From a bacterium (GTDB lineage: Bacteria; Patescibacteriota; Patescibacteriia; Magasanikbacterales; GWA2-37-8): 64,000 nt of DNA. The notes beneath the pieces are model-generated. The model was given only the letters and a program-made list of their open reading frames with translations. It was not told the origin of the DNA and ran no database searches. This document shows, in pieces, positions 18,475 through 28,069 of the stretch; the stretch's first letter is position 1; the number at the start of each line of letters is the position of its first letter. Made by a program: the position numbers and the translations under genes. The DNA lies in NCBI GenBank assembly GCA_043810165.1, contig JBDROJ010000019.1, positions 17,524 to 81,523 of the forward strand, in the 5' to 3' direction.

Positions 18475-18996
18475 ATGAAGATAATAATAGGTTTAGGAAA
18501 TCCCGGCGCCAAGTATGCCAAAACCCGCCACAATGTCGGCTGGATGATTTTGGACGAGCTATCAGATGGCAAATGGCATGAAAGTAAAAAGTCTAAAGCT
18601 ATGTATTTGAAGACTGAGATTGATGGTGAACAAGTTGAATTGATAAAGCCGTTAACTTTTATGAATAATTCTGGCCATTCGGTGTCACATACAATCAAAA
18701 ATCATAATTTAAAATTAGACAAAGATTTAATTGTAATACATGATGATAAAGATATTGAACTTGGAAAAATAAAAGTACAAGCTGACCGCAGTTCTGCTGG
18801 ACACAAAGGCGTACAATCAATTATTCAACAATTGGGCACGCAAAATTTCATCCGTGTACGAGTTGGCATTGCCAACAAAAAATCTCTAACACAATCCACT
18901 GATAAATTTGTTTTAAAAAAATTCGGCTGGCTGGAAAAGACAAAGCTTAAACAAACCATTGACCAAGCTGTGCTGGAAATTAAAAAACTTCTATAA
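18475..18996 (+). CDS. pth: Peptidyl-tRNA hydrolase
   Basis: IIGLGNPG..Y..TRHNVG, KPLTFMNNSG, HDD, AGHKG. Confidence 0.96.
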   Translation: MKIIIGLGNPGAKYAKTRHNVGWMILDELSDGKWHESKKSKAMYLKTEIDGEQVELIKPLTFMNNSGHSVSHTIKNHNLKLDKDLIVIHDDKDIELGKIKVQADRSSAGHKGVQSIIQQLGTQNFIRVRVGIANKKSLTQSTDKFVLKKFGWLEKTKLKQTIDQAVLEIKKLL

Positions 18997-19001
18997 ACAA
19001 T

Positions 19002-19880
19002 ATGAAGGAGGGAACAATTCAAACTGTTAAATTGGGGATGCCCGGCTATCCTAATTTATTATCTCAAATAAGTGATCCGCCAAAGGTCTTGTATTTTCGC
19101 GGTGATTTAAAATTAGCTGATCAGCCAAGTCTAGGCATAGTTGGAAAACGCAAATACAGCGCTTACGGACGACAGATCTGCGAACAGATAACAAGCTCGC
19201 TAGCCAGGCAAGGCTTGGTTATTGTAAGCGGGCTAGCCCTGGGAATTGACAGCTTTGCGCATCAATCTGCTTTAAATAATCAAGGCAAAACCATTGCTAT
19301 TCTTGGTTCCGGAGTGGACAAATATACAATTTATCCTGCTAGCAATCGTTTACTTGCCGAACAAATAATTCAGCAAGGCGGACTGGTTATGTCTGAATAT
19401 GCACCGGGAACCATGCCAACCGCTTATTCATTCCCCATGCGCAACCGCATCATTGCCGGGTTGAGCCTTGGTACTTTGGTTGTGGAAGCGGCCATAAAAT
19501 CAGGCGCTCTAATTACATCTTCCTGCGCTTTGGATTATAATAGAGAAGTGTTTGCTATTCCACATCCAATCAACTCAATAACAGGAGAAGGCGCAAATAA
19601 TCTGCTTAAACAAGGGGCTCATCTTGTAACCTGCGCTCAAGATATTATCCAAGTGCTTAAATTAGAATATTTAAAAAATCCAAATGAAAACAGAAAACCA
19701 AATATTAATAACGAACTTGAAAACAAAATTTGGTTGGAACTTTCTCAAAAGCCAATGCACATAGATAATATAATAAAACAGACAAAACTTGACAGCTCCA
19801 CGGTTAGTGGTACACTAATGCTTATGGAAATCAAAAAATTAGTAAAAAACTTAGGAGGAATGATGTATATTAAAAATTAA
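19002..19880 (+). CDS. dprA: DNA-processing protein DprA
   Basis: YP..L..ISDPP, VSGLALGID, FPMRNRIIAGLS, SGALIT, winged-helix tail. Confidence 0.96.
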   Translation: MKEGTIQTVKLGMPGYPNLLSQISDPPKVLYFRGDLKLADQPSLGIVGKRKYSAYGRQICEQITSSLARQGLVIVSGLALGIDSFAHQSALNNQGKTIAILGSGVDKYTIYPASNRLLAEQIIQQGGLVMSEYAPGTMPTAYSFPMRNRIIAGLSLGTLVVEAAIKSGALITSSCALDYNREVFAIPHPINSITGEGANNLLKQGAHLVTCAQDIIQVLKLEYLKNPNENRKPNINNELENKIWLELSQKPMHIDNIIKQTKLDSSTVSGTLMLMEIKKLVKNLGGMMYIKN

Positions 19881-19889
19881 CTAACTCAT

Positions 19890-20558
19890 ATGCTAACACA
19901 AAAAAGAAAAAAAGTCTTGTTTGTAGCTATATTCGCGGTCATCGGTTTTGTGGCCATGCAGTTTAAGTTCACTGAAATCGTGGGTTCAAGCCTGCGTTTC
20001 AGCCTATTTGATTTTTATGGACCGATTGTGGCCGGATTTATTGGATCAGTTTGGGGATTGGCCACTGTAGTAATTATGCAAATCATAAATTGGGCATGGC
20101 ATGGATTTGCCATGGATGCAGGAACCATAATTCGCTTCTTTCCAATGTTATTGGCCGTCCTATACTTTGCTAAAAAATCAAAATGGATTTTGGTGGTACC
20201 GGTAATTGCCATGATATCTTTTTGGATTCACCCTGAAGGCAGGCAGGCATGGTATTATGCCCTGTATTGGCTCATACCTATAATCATGTATTTCTGGCAC
20301 GATAAATTTATCTTTGCCCGCGCTCTTGGCACCACTTTTACAGCTCATAGTGTCGGTGGCATGCTCTGGGTTTGGATTTTTAATTTGAAAGCTTCTGTTT
20401 GGATCGGCCTGATACCTATTACTTTCATGGAACGCTGTTTGATGGCCGTTGGTATTATTATTACATATATTGCCTTCAACTATATTTTAAGTCTGGTGGG
20501 CAAGAAAATAAAACTACCAAACTTCGTAAAACTAAATGAAAAATACTCGGCTAAATAA
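19890..20558 (+). CDS. Multi-pass membrane protein, possibly ECF S-component-like
   Basis: 222 aa, about 6-7 hydrophobic helices. Function is inference only. Confidence 0.55.
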   Translation: MLTQKRKKVLFVAIFAVIGFVAMQFKFTEIVGSSLRFSLFDFYGPIVAGFIGSVWGLATVVIMQIINWAWHGFAMDAGTIIRFFPMLLAVLYFAKKSKWILVVPVIAMISFWIHPEGRQAWYYALYWLIPIIMYFWHDKFIFARALGTTFTAHSVGGMLWVWIFNLKASVWIGLIPITFMERCLMAVGIIITYIAFNYILSLVGKKIKLPNFVKLNEKYSAK

Positions 20559-20568
20559 TCAGTTTGAT

Positions 20569-20743
20569 CTGTCATTGTGAGGAGTGTAGTGTTACTGTCA
20601 TTGCGAGCGTGGCATTTCTGTCATTGCGAGCGTGGCATTTCTGTCATTGCGAGCGTAAGCGAAGCAATCTCGTCATCATAGAACCAACGGGATTGCTTCG
20701 TCGCTCCACTCCTCGCAATGACAGTGAATCGCTCGCAATGACA
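20569..20743. repeat. Palindromic REP/RPE-like element, copy 2 (four left arms, including a 23-bp tandem duplication)
   Basis: ctgtcattgcgagcgtggcattt x2, then gtcattgcgagcgtaagcgaagcaatc...gggattgcttcg...ctcgcaatgac x2. Confidence 0.9.
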
Positions 20744-20754
20744 AACAAAAATTT

Positions 20755-22068
20755 ATGAACTACACTCAAGCCTACAATTACTTAATATCCTTAAATAATC
20801 TCCCTCGCAATGAATACATGAAGGATCCGCGACACTGTAGCTGGTATCTAAAACGGCTACAGTTTTTTTTGAATATTATTGGCAATCCAGAAAAAAAAGT
20901 CCCTCATTATATTCACGTCACCGGCACAAGTGGCAAAGGTTCGGTTTGTTTATTGCTTGATTCAATACTGCGAGCCAATGGACAAAAAGTCGGCGTTTTA
21001 ACTTCTCCGCATCCGTCAGTTATTACTGAAAGATGGGATATAAACGGCAAGCCAATGAGCCAAAAACAATTCAGCCAAAATATCAGCCAATTAAAATCCA
21101 AACTTGATCAGTATGTTAGAAAGACTCCGTATGACATGCTTTCCTACGGGGAATTTTCCACGGCCATGGCGCTATATCACTTTGCCAAGCAAAAAGTGGA
21201 TTGGGCCGTATTGGAAGTGGGCTGTGGAGGACGTTATGATTCTACAAATATAATCCCGCATAAAGACACAGCCGTGATAACCAATATAGGATTGGATCAC
21301 AAGGGCATAATCGGCAATACCAAGACAAAGATCGCCTACGAAAAATCCGGAATCATTAAAAAAGGATGTAAAGTCTTTACAATGGAAAAAAATAAAAAGA
21401 TTATAGAAGTCATAAAAAAAGAAAATAAAAAAAATAAAACTGAATTTAATATAATCAAGAATACAAGCAAAATTTTACAACAAGATCTGGACGGCATTAA
21501 ATTTAATCATGCAGGTGAAAACTATTTTCTCCCGATTCTGGGAAAACATCAAATAGACAACGCTGTTCTGGCCATTGAAATCGCTCTCTCTTTAAAAATT
21601 CCTGTAAACAATATTAAACAAGGATTAAAAAAAGTTAAGATCCCTGTATGCATGGAAATCGTTTCAAAAAAACCATTGATTATTTTGGACGGAGGACATA
21701 ACCCGGAAAAAATCAAAACTACTGTGGCCACAGCAAAGTTTATAAACAAGCCGATACATCTGATAGTTGGCTTCTCTTACAACAAACAATGGCTCAACAT
21801 GATTAAACAGCTATCCGAATTGGATCCACTGTCCATAGCCTGCACGCGCTTTACTGAAAATTATTTCCGTAAAGCAACCAATCCAAAAGACATAGCTGAT
21901 GAATTTAAAAAATATCTACCTAAAATAAAAACAGAGGTCTTTCTAGACCCAAAGGACGCGCTTGCGTGGTCAAAAAAACAAATAGAAACCAACGATTTGA
22001 TTCTAACAACTGGTTCAGTATTTTTAGGCGGAGAATTGCGAAAACTTTTTAAAAACACTCTGTGTTGA
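20755..22068 (+). CDS. folC: Folylpolyglutamate synthase/dihydrofolate synthase
   Basis: HVTGTSGKGS, LEVGCGGRYDSTN, TNIGLDH, IAYEKSGII, LDGGHNP, TGS. Confidence 0.93.
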   Translation: MNYTQAYNYLISLNNLPRNEYMKDPRHCSWYLKRLQFFLNIIGNPEKKVPHYIHVTGTSGKGSVCLLLDSILRANGQKVGVLTSPHPSVITERWDINGKPMSQKQFSQNISQLKSKLDQYVRKTPYDMLSYGEFSTAMALYHFAKQKVDWAVLEVGCGGRYDSTNIIPHKDTAVITNIGLDHKGIIGNTKTKIAYEKSGIIKKGCKVFTMEKNKKIIEVIKKENKKNKTEFNIIKNTSKILQQDLDGIKFNHAGENYFLPILGKHQIDNAVLAIEIALSLKIPVNNIKQGLKKVKIPVCMEIVSKKPLIILDGGHNPEKIKTTVATAKFINKPIHLIVGFSYNKQWLNMIKQLSELDPLSIACTRFTENYFRKATNPKDIADEFKKYLPKIKTEVFLDPKDALAWSKKQIETNDLILTTGSVFLGGELRKLFKNTLC

Positions 22069-22093
22069 CAATTCAACAAAACTCGGATATTAT
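22065..22093 (+). promoter_or_regulatory. Sigma70-type promoter for topA
   Basis: TTGACA-17 nt-TATTAT. Confidence 0.65.
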
Positions 22094-22216
22094 AATGAAT
22101 AAAACATTTTAGTATAGAAGTAGTATTGAGTTACCTTCGACATTCGACTCAAATTAGTCGCAATATTAAGATGTTTATGAGACTAATTTAAAAAACTTAA
22201 TATGAGTTCATAAACT

Positions 22217-24418
22217 ATGTCCACATTAGTAATAGTAGAATCCCCGACCAAAGCAAAAACCATCTCTAAATTTTTAGGAAAAGACTTTATTGTAAAGTCT
22301 TCTTTTGGCCATCTACGCGATCTGCCAAAAAGCAAACTTGGGGTGGATGTGAAAAATGGTTTTAAACCTCAATATATAATCAGCCAAGGCAAAGGAAAAA
22401 CTGTTAAAGAACTTAAAGAAGCCTCTAAAAAAACCAAAGATATTCTATTCGCTACTGATGAAGATAGAGAAGGCGAAGCCATATCATATCATCTGGCTCA
22501 TATTCTGGGCATTAAACCTGAAAAGGCTCAAAGAATTGTATTTCATGAGATAACCAAGCATGCAATAACAGAGGCGCTGGAGCACCCGCGGGCTTTAGAT
22601 CTTAAATTATTTGATGCTCAACAAGCACGCCGAATCTTGGATAGACTGGTGGGTTATCAGCTATCACCTTTCTTATGGAAAAAAGTTGCACGAGGCTTAT
22701 CAGCTGGAAGAGTTCAATCTGTGGCTGTGCGACTTGTGGTTGAACGCGAACGTGAAATTGACGCATTCAAACCGCAAGAATATTGGACCGTGGAAGGATT
22801 ATTTTCCAAAGACAAAAAAGGTCAAATCACTGCCAAGTTAATTTCAATTAAAAGCAAAAAAGTTGGCAAGCTGAATATTAAAAACAAGAAACAAGTAGAC
22901 GAAATTTTATCCGATCTGGATGGCGCAAAATATGAGATCGCCAACGTGGAACAAAAAAAGAAAATACGCAATCCTTTGGCTCCTTTCACCACTTCCACTC
23001 TACAACAAGAAGCCAACCAGCGCTTGGGCTTTTCAGCTAAACAAACAATGCGCTTGGCTCAACAATTATATGAAGGAATTAGAATAACCGGCAATGGACA
23101 GGTGGGCTTAATCACATATATGAGAACCGATTCAGTAAACTTATCAGAAAAATTTTTGAATGAGTCTAGGGATTTTATTAAAAAAGAATATGGCAATCAA
23201 TATGCTTTGGACAAGCCAAGATTTTTTAAGAAAAAATCTAAAAATGCCCAAGAAGCGCATGAAGCAATTCGGCCAACTCACGCCGAATATTCCCCAGAAT
23301 CCATTGAAGAAAATCTTACCCCTCAACAATTCAAGCTATATAATCTGATCTGGAGAAAAGCCATGGCCAGCCAAATGTCTCCGGCTGAATTAAATGCCAC
23401 CATTATTGATATTTCAAGCAATAACGACTATATATTCCGAGCTAATGGACAGGTAATTGTGTTTGATGGGTTTTTAAAACTTTATCCTGATAAGACCAAA
23501 GAAAATTTATTGCCTCAGCTTAGTAGTGGAGATAAAATGGATTGTAGAGAAATAAAAACCGAACAGCACTTTACTGAACCGCCTGCCCGCTATTCAGACG
23601 CCACTTTGGTAAAGGCCTTGGAAGAATATGGCATCGGCCGGCCTTCAACTTATGCGCCCACCTTGGCCACCATAGAAAGCCGAAATTATGTGGAACGCAC
23701 CGAAAACAAGAAATTTAAACCAACTGATATAGCATATATTGTCAATGATCTATTAGTTGAACATTTTGACAAAATAGTTGACTATCAATTTACAGCTGAT
23801 ATGGAAAATTATCTGGATGATATAGCTACTGGAGAAAAACAATGGAAGGAAGTTCTCACCAATTTTTACGTACCATTTAAAGAAAATTTAGACAAAAAAG
23901 ACAAAGAATTAACCAAAAAAGAAATTACCGAAGAAAAAACTGATGAGATATGCGACAAATGTAAATCAGCCATGGTAATTAAGCACGGACGCTTTGGCAA
24001 ATTCTTGGCTTGTGGCAATTATCCTGAATGTAAAAATACCAAGAACATTACCAAAGAAGGAAAAATCGAAGATAACGAACCTGAATTATCCGATGAAAAA
24101 TGCGAAAAATGTGGATCGCCAATGGCCAAAAAACACGGTCGCTACGGCGCTTTCTTGGGCTGTTCAAATTATCCAGATTGCAAAAACATTAAAAATATTG
24201 AAAACAAAATCGGGGTTAAATGTCCAGAATGTGACAAGGGTGATATTGTTGAAAGAAAAAGCAAACGTGGCAAAACTTTTTATGGCTGTAATAGTTATCC
24301 AAAATGCAAATTTGCTTTGTGGAGCAAGCCAACTGGCGAACAATGCAAAAAATGCAAAAGCTTAATGATCTACGGAGCTAAAGATACTACTAAGTGCAGT
24401 AATAAGGAATGTAAATAA
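22217..24418 (+). CDS. topA: DNA topoisomerase I
   Basis: VESPTKAKTI, ATDEDREGE, SAGRVQS, ITYMRTD (catalytic Tyr), GIGRPST, C-terminal zinc ribbons. Confidence 0.97.
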   Translation: MSTLVIVESPTKAKTISKFLGKDFIVKSSFGHLRDLPKSKLGVDVKNGFKPQYIISQGKGKTVKELKEASKKTKDILFATDEDREGEAISYHLAHILGIKPEKAQRIVFHEITKHAITEALEHPRALDLKLFDAQQARRILDRLVGYQLSPFLWKKVARGLSAGRVQSVAVRLVVEREREIDAFKPQEYWTVEGLFSKDKKGQITAKLISIKSKKVGKLNIKNKKQVDEILSDLDGAKYEIANVEQKKKIRNPLAPFTTSTLQQEANQRLGFSAKQTMRLAQQLYEGIRITGNGQVGLITYMRTDSVNLSEKFLNESRDFIKKEYGNQYALDKPRFFKKKSKNAQEAHEAIRPTHAEYSPESIEENLTPQQFKLYNLIWRKAMASQMSPAELNATIIDISSNNDYIFRANGQVIVFDGFLKLYPDKTKENLLPQLSSGDKMDCREIKTEQHFTEPPARYSDATLVKALEEYGIGRPSTYAPTLATIESRNYVERTENKKFKPTDIAYIVNDLLVEHFDKIVDYQFTADMENYLDDIATGEKQWKEVLTNFYVPFKENLDKKDKELTKKEITEEKTDEICDKCKSAMVIKHGRFGKFLACGNYPECKNTKNITKEGKIEDNEPELSDEKCEKCGSPMAKKHGRYGAFLGCSNYPDCKNIKNIENKIGVKCPECDKGDIVERKSKRGKTFYGCNSYPKCKFALWSKPTGEQCKKCKSLMIYGAKDTTKCSNKECK

Positions 24419-24439
24419 ATAACAATTTCTTCTTAAATA

Positions 24440-24470
24440 AAAAACTACCATTTTAATCAGGTAGTTTTTT
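24440..24470. terminator. Bidirectional intrinsic terminator
   Basis: aaaaactacc-attttaatca-ggtagttttt after topA. Confidence 0.6.
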
Positions 24471-24611
24471 ATTATTGTGTCCCCCGACCAGAATAATCAG
24501 GGAATATCTTCTTGGTACCAACAAGAATGAGCCCGCTTTTTGCTTTGACGGTAGCGAGCAGGAACCGTGATGTCGTTAAAAACGACTGGTTGGAAACGTG
24601 AAGTAGAGAAT

Positions 24612-24815
24612 CTAGTTGGCGCTTACCAACGAAAGGATCTTCTTGAGGGTGATGACCCGACCCAACACAGAGACATACACTCCCTTGGTCATGGACGCAC
24701 CCACACGTACTTGCGGAGCAACTTGCACTGATCCGCCCACGCCTTTGCGACCGATATTCAGGCGTTTTCCTTTGCGCTGAATGGACTTGCCGAACTTGAA
24801 CCAGCCACTAAGCAT
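24612..24815 (-). CDS. Small basic DUF4236-like protein (67 aa)
   Basis: MLSGWFKFGKSIQRKGKRLNIGRKGVGGSV resembles the DUF4236 pattern FRFRKSI...RLN.SK.G.S.S. ATG lies 4 nt after the upstream gene's stop. Confidence 0.5.
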   Translation of the reverse strand: MLSGWFKFGKSIQRKGKRLNIGRKGVGGSVQVAPQVRVGASMTKGVYVSVLGRVITLKKILSLVSAN

Positions 24816-24819
24816 AGCA

Positions 24820-25497
24820 CTACTTCCTGCTACTGGACTTGGTGCGACCACGGGAAGACGGCTTCTTCGGCTCCTTGGGTAGAGCAACCACGTCGTCGCC
24901 ATCCTCGTCGCCCTCCATGTAATGCTTGGCGTAATGCTTGGCCGTCTCACAGAACATCTCCTCGATGGGCTCGGCCAGGGCGTCCATCATCTTGCCCATG
25001 TTGAAGTCCAACGAGTGCTTGGCACCGGCCAGGAGCTGATCCTGCAGTGGAAGCTTCTTCTCGCTGTGCATGGACCATGCCGTACCCGCGCCAAGGATGA
25101 GCACGTTGGCCAAGGTCCGCTCCACCGCTCGCAAGGTCTGGCTGGAGTCGATGAACTCCTCGGGGTAAGGCAGGTTGTACTTCTTACACACTGCCCGCAG
25201 ACCGCGCACGAACGGGCTGGTGACCACACGGTTACCCAGAGCCATCTTGCCACCCTTGGCAAACGAACCGCCGATGATCTCGCCCATCTTTCTCAGGAAC
25301 CTGGGTTTCTCGTTCTCTTCCATCTTCTTCTTCTCGTTTTTAGGGTTGATATCTTCGTCGTACTCACTGTCTTCAGAGTCAAACCAGCCAATCTCTTCAC
25401 CACACAACAGGCACTTCTCAGCGAATTCCTCCACACTTGCTTCACAGGCCGGACAAACCCAATCAGATATTTCTTCTGTTCCTGTGTTAACTTCCAT
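24820..25497 (-). CDS. GC-rich hypothetical protein with N-terminal zinc ribbon
   Basis: CPAC...CLLC; strong SD CAGGAGG upstream of ATG 25497 (MEVNTG); GC3-rich codons unlike neighbours. Confidence 0.7.
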   Translation of the reverse strand: MEVNTGTEEISDWVCPACEASVEEFAEKCLLCGEEIGWFDSEDSEYDEDINPKNEKKKMEENEKPRFLRKMGEIIGGSFAKGGKMALGNRVVTSPFVRGLRAVCKKYNLPYPEEFIDSSQTLRAVERTLANVLILGAGTAWSMHSEKKLPLQDQLLAGAKHSLDFNMGKMMDALAEPIEEMFCETAKHYAKHYMEGDEDGDDVVALPKEPKKPSSRGRTKSSSRK

Positions 25498-25758
25498 ACT
25501 GACCTCCTGTTTTTTCTCTTGTTCTAAATGATTGTTCACTATCTGGAGTTGGTTTTCAACGAACTAATTCATCACTTGATCAATCCTTAATTATATATTA
25601 AATAACCCATTCTGTCAATACTTTCCACAGAATTACCTATTTATATAGCTTTATGTAAAATTAGCAAAATATTATATGTCATCTGTGTCGAAATACTTGA
25701 CAAATTCATAATTATGCTGTATATTAACAAATAATAGCATACACTTATCCCCTAAAAT

Positions 25759-26490
25759 ATGAACAACATTAGCCAAATTCTAAAAAACCTAGGTTTAAAT
25801 AGCAAAGAAACCAAAATATACCTGGCTCTTTTAGAGCTAGGTACAGGCACAGTTCAACAAGTGGCCCGAGAAGCTAAAATCAAAAGAACTAATGTTTATG
25901 ACCACCTAGGCGACATGAAAGCCATGGGCTTGCTTAGTGAAATTAAACATGATAAAAAAACTTTACTTATCCCAGAAAATCCCCAGATTTTAAAACAAAA
26001 AGCATGTGAAAACCTAGAAAACATTAACCATGCCATGCCAGAACTGCTTGGCATCTTTAATACTCCTGGCTCTAAACCAACCATTAAATTTTATGAAGGC
26101 AAACAAGGTTTAAAGCAGGCTTTTGAACGAATATTACAAGAAGTAGACAGTGGTATTTATGCCATAACAGATGCAGAACAAATGATGGCCACAATGGATG
26201 AAAAATACATGTGGAATTGGGCTGTTAGAAGAGCAAACAAAGACATAACTTACCAAGCTATTATAAAAGAGGGTAAAAAAGGAAAAATGGCCAAAAAATT
26301 AGACAAAAAACAAAAAAGAGAAACTAAACTAGTAAAGGATGTTAAATTCTCTACTGAAATACTGATATTTGATAATAAGGTAGCCATGATGAGTTACAAA
26401 AAACCTTACAGTGCCACTATTATCGAAGATATCGCCGTTGCCGACACCATGAGAGCAATGTGGAAGGGCTGGTGGAATAGTTTGAAATAA
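25759..26490 (+). CDS. TrmB-family transcriptional regulator
   Basis: LGLNSKETKIYLALLELG...RTNVYD HTH, IKFYEGKQG, PLD-like effector domain. Confidence 0.9.
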   Translation: MNNISQILKNLGLNSKETKIYLALLELGTGTVQQVAREAKIKRTNVYDHLGDMKAMGLLSEIKHDKKTLLIPENPQILKQKACENLENINHAMPELLGIFNTPGSKPTIKFYEGKQGLKQAFERILQEVDSGIYAITDAEQMMATMDEKYMWNWAVRRANKDITYQAIIKEGKKGKMAKKLDKKQKRETKLVKDVKFSTEILIFDNKVAMMSYKKPYSATIIEDIAVADTMRAMWKGWWNSLK

Positions 26491-26531
26491 TCTCTTGATT
26501 TACCCTCTATTCTAGGCTATACTACCAATAT

Positions 26532-28043
26532 ATGCGTCAAAAAATTGACATACAAAAAAATCCGCATCCAAGAGAACTCTTTAAAGAGCTCAAAACCTAT
26601 TGTCATAGTGACGATATTGTTCTTGTCAGGCTTGCTTATGATTTCGCAGAAAAAGCACATCGAGGACAGGTACGCAAATCAGGCCAGCCATATATTAGCC
26701 ACCCGCTGGCAACAGCCCTTCTATTGTCACAAATAAAAATTGACATCAATATTATCATTGCCGCTCTTTTACATGACGTGCCAGAAGATACGCCAGTAAC
26801 TCTTGAGGAAGTAGAAAAAAACTTTGGCGCAGATGTATCCTCTATGGTTAAGGGAATTACCAAATTGGGGCATCTTAAATATCGCGGAGTAGAAAGATAC
26901 ATAGAAAACTTGCGCAAAATGTTTATAGCAATGGCCGAAGATATTCGTGTCATGCTTATTAAATTTGCTGATAGAATTCATAATTTATCTACTTTGGAAA
27001 ACCTTTCTCCTAAAAAAAGATACCGCATTGCTTTAGAAAGTTTGGAAATTTACGCCCCCATAGCCAATCGACTCGGCATCGGTGAATTCAAACATATGTT
27101 GGAAGACTATGCCTTCCCCCATATATACCCCAAGGAATATGAAAAAACCTTGCAAATACGGCAAAATTACTTGACCGGCCAAGAAATTCATCTAGAAAAT
27201 ATCATGGAAATAATCAGACAAGAGTTAAATAAAGCCGATATAAAATGCATAGACGTGCATGGTCGAGAAAAAACCTTGTATAGCCTTTACAAAAAAATAC
27301 AGCGCAAAGGCTGGGACGAATTAGATAAAATATATGATATTGTTGCCTTAAGAATAATAGTACCGAATATTGGGGATTGCTATGCCACTCTAGGGATAAT
27401 ACACAAACTATGGAGGCCACTAAAAGGCAGAATTAAAGATTATATTTCTCAACCCAAACCAAACGGATACAAATCTATTCATACCACGGTATTCTGCGAG
27501 AATGGCAAAATAGTAGAATTTCAAATTCGCGATCAGCAAATGCATGGAGAAGCTGAATTTGGCGTGGCCTCGCACTGGCACTATGACGAAAACGGGGCTA
27601 GTTTACCAAACAAAGATATTTACTGGGCCAAAGAATTAGCTGAAGTCCAAAAAAGTATCTTATCAAAACTTTCTGACCTGGATGATTTAAAAGTTGATTT
27701 CTTTAAAAACCGTATTTTTGTATTCACACCGCGCGGAGATGTTATTGATCTGCCTGAAGATGCTACTCCAGTGGACTTTGCTTATCATATCCATACTGAT
27801 ATAGGACATCATTGCAACGGAGCCAAAATAAATGATCAAATGGTAAGCTTAGACACTCTTTTAAATAGTGGCGACGTAGTAGAAATTACAGTGGACAAAA
27901 ATCGCAAGGGCCCGAGCCCGGATTGGTTGAAATCCGTAAAAACTCATGTGGCTCGAAGTAGAATAAAAAACAAATTAAAAGAACAAAAGGGACATTGGCT
28001 GATACAAAAAATTATAAATAAGAAAAACAAAAACTCCGACTGA
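26532..28043 (+). CDS. RelA/SpoT family (p)ppGpp synthetase/hydrolase (HD, SYNTH, TGS; no ACT)
   Basis: HRGQVRKSGQPYISHP, LLHDVPED, KFADRIHN, DYISQPKPNGYKSIHT, EFQIR, TPVDFAY. Confidence 0.95.
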   Translation: MRQKIDIQKNPHPRELFKELKTYCHSDDIVLVRLAYDFAEKAHRGQVRKSGQPYISHPLATALLLSQIKIDINIIIAALLHDVPEDTPVTLEEVEKNFGADVSSMVKGITKLGHLKYRGVERYIENLRKMFIAMAEDIRVMLIKFADRIHNLSTLENLSPKKRYRIALESLEIYAPIANRLGIGEFKHMLEDYAFPHIYPKEYEKTLQIRQNYLTGQEIHLENIMEIIRQELNKADIKCIDVHGREKTLYSLYKKIQRKGWDELDKIYDIVALRIIVPNIGDCYATLGIIHKLWRPLKGRIKDYISQPKPNGYKSIHTTVFCENGKIVEFQIRDQQMHGEAEFGVASHWHYDENGASLPNKDIYWAKELAEVQKSILSKLSDLDDLKVDFFKNRIFVFTPRGDVIDLPEDATPVDFAYHIHTDIGHHCNGAKINDQMVSLDTLLNSGDVVEITVDKNRKGPSPDWLKSVKTHVARSRIKNKLKEQKGHWLIQKIINKKNKNSD

Positions 28044-28069
28044 TAAATAAACCGGAGTTTTTTATTTCT

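Noticed and set aside
20564-20758. 64-aa Cys/His-rich ORF (CHCE repeats)
   Set aside because: Translation of the palindromic repeat; no independent coding evidence
24922-25531. 201-aa and 118-aa + strand ORFs in the GC-rich island
   Set aside because: Antisense ORFs are expected with GC3-rich codons; the minus-strand gene has the SD site and zinc-ribbon motif
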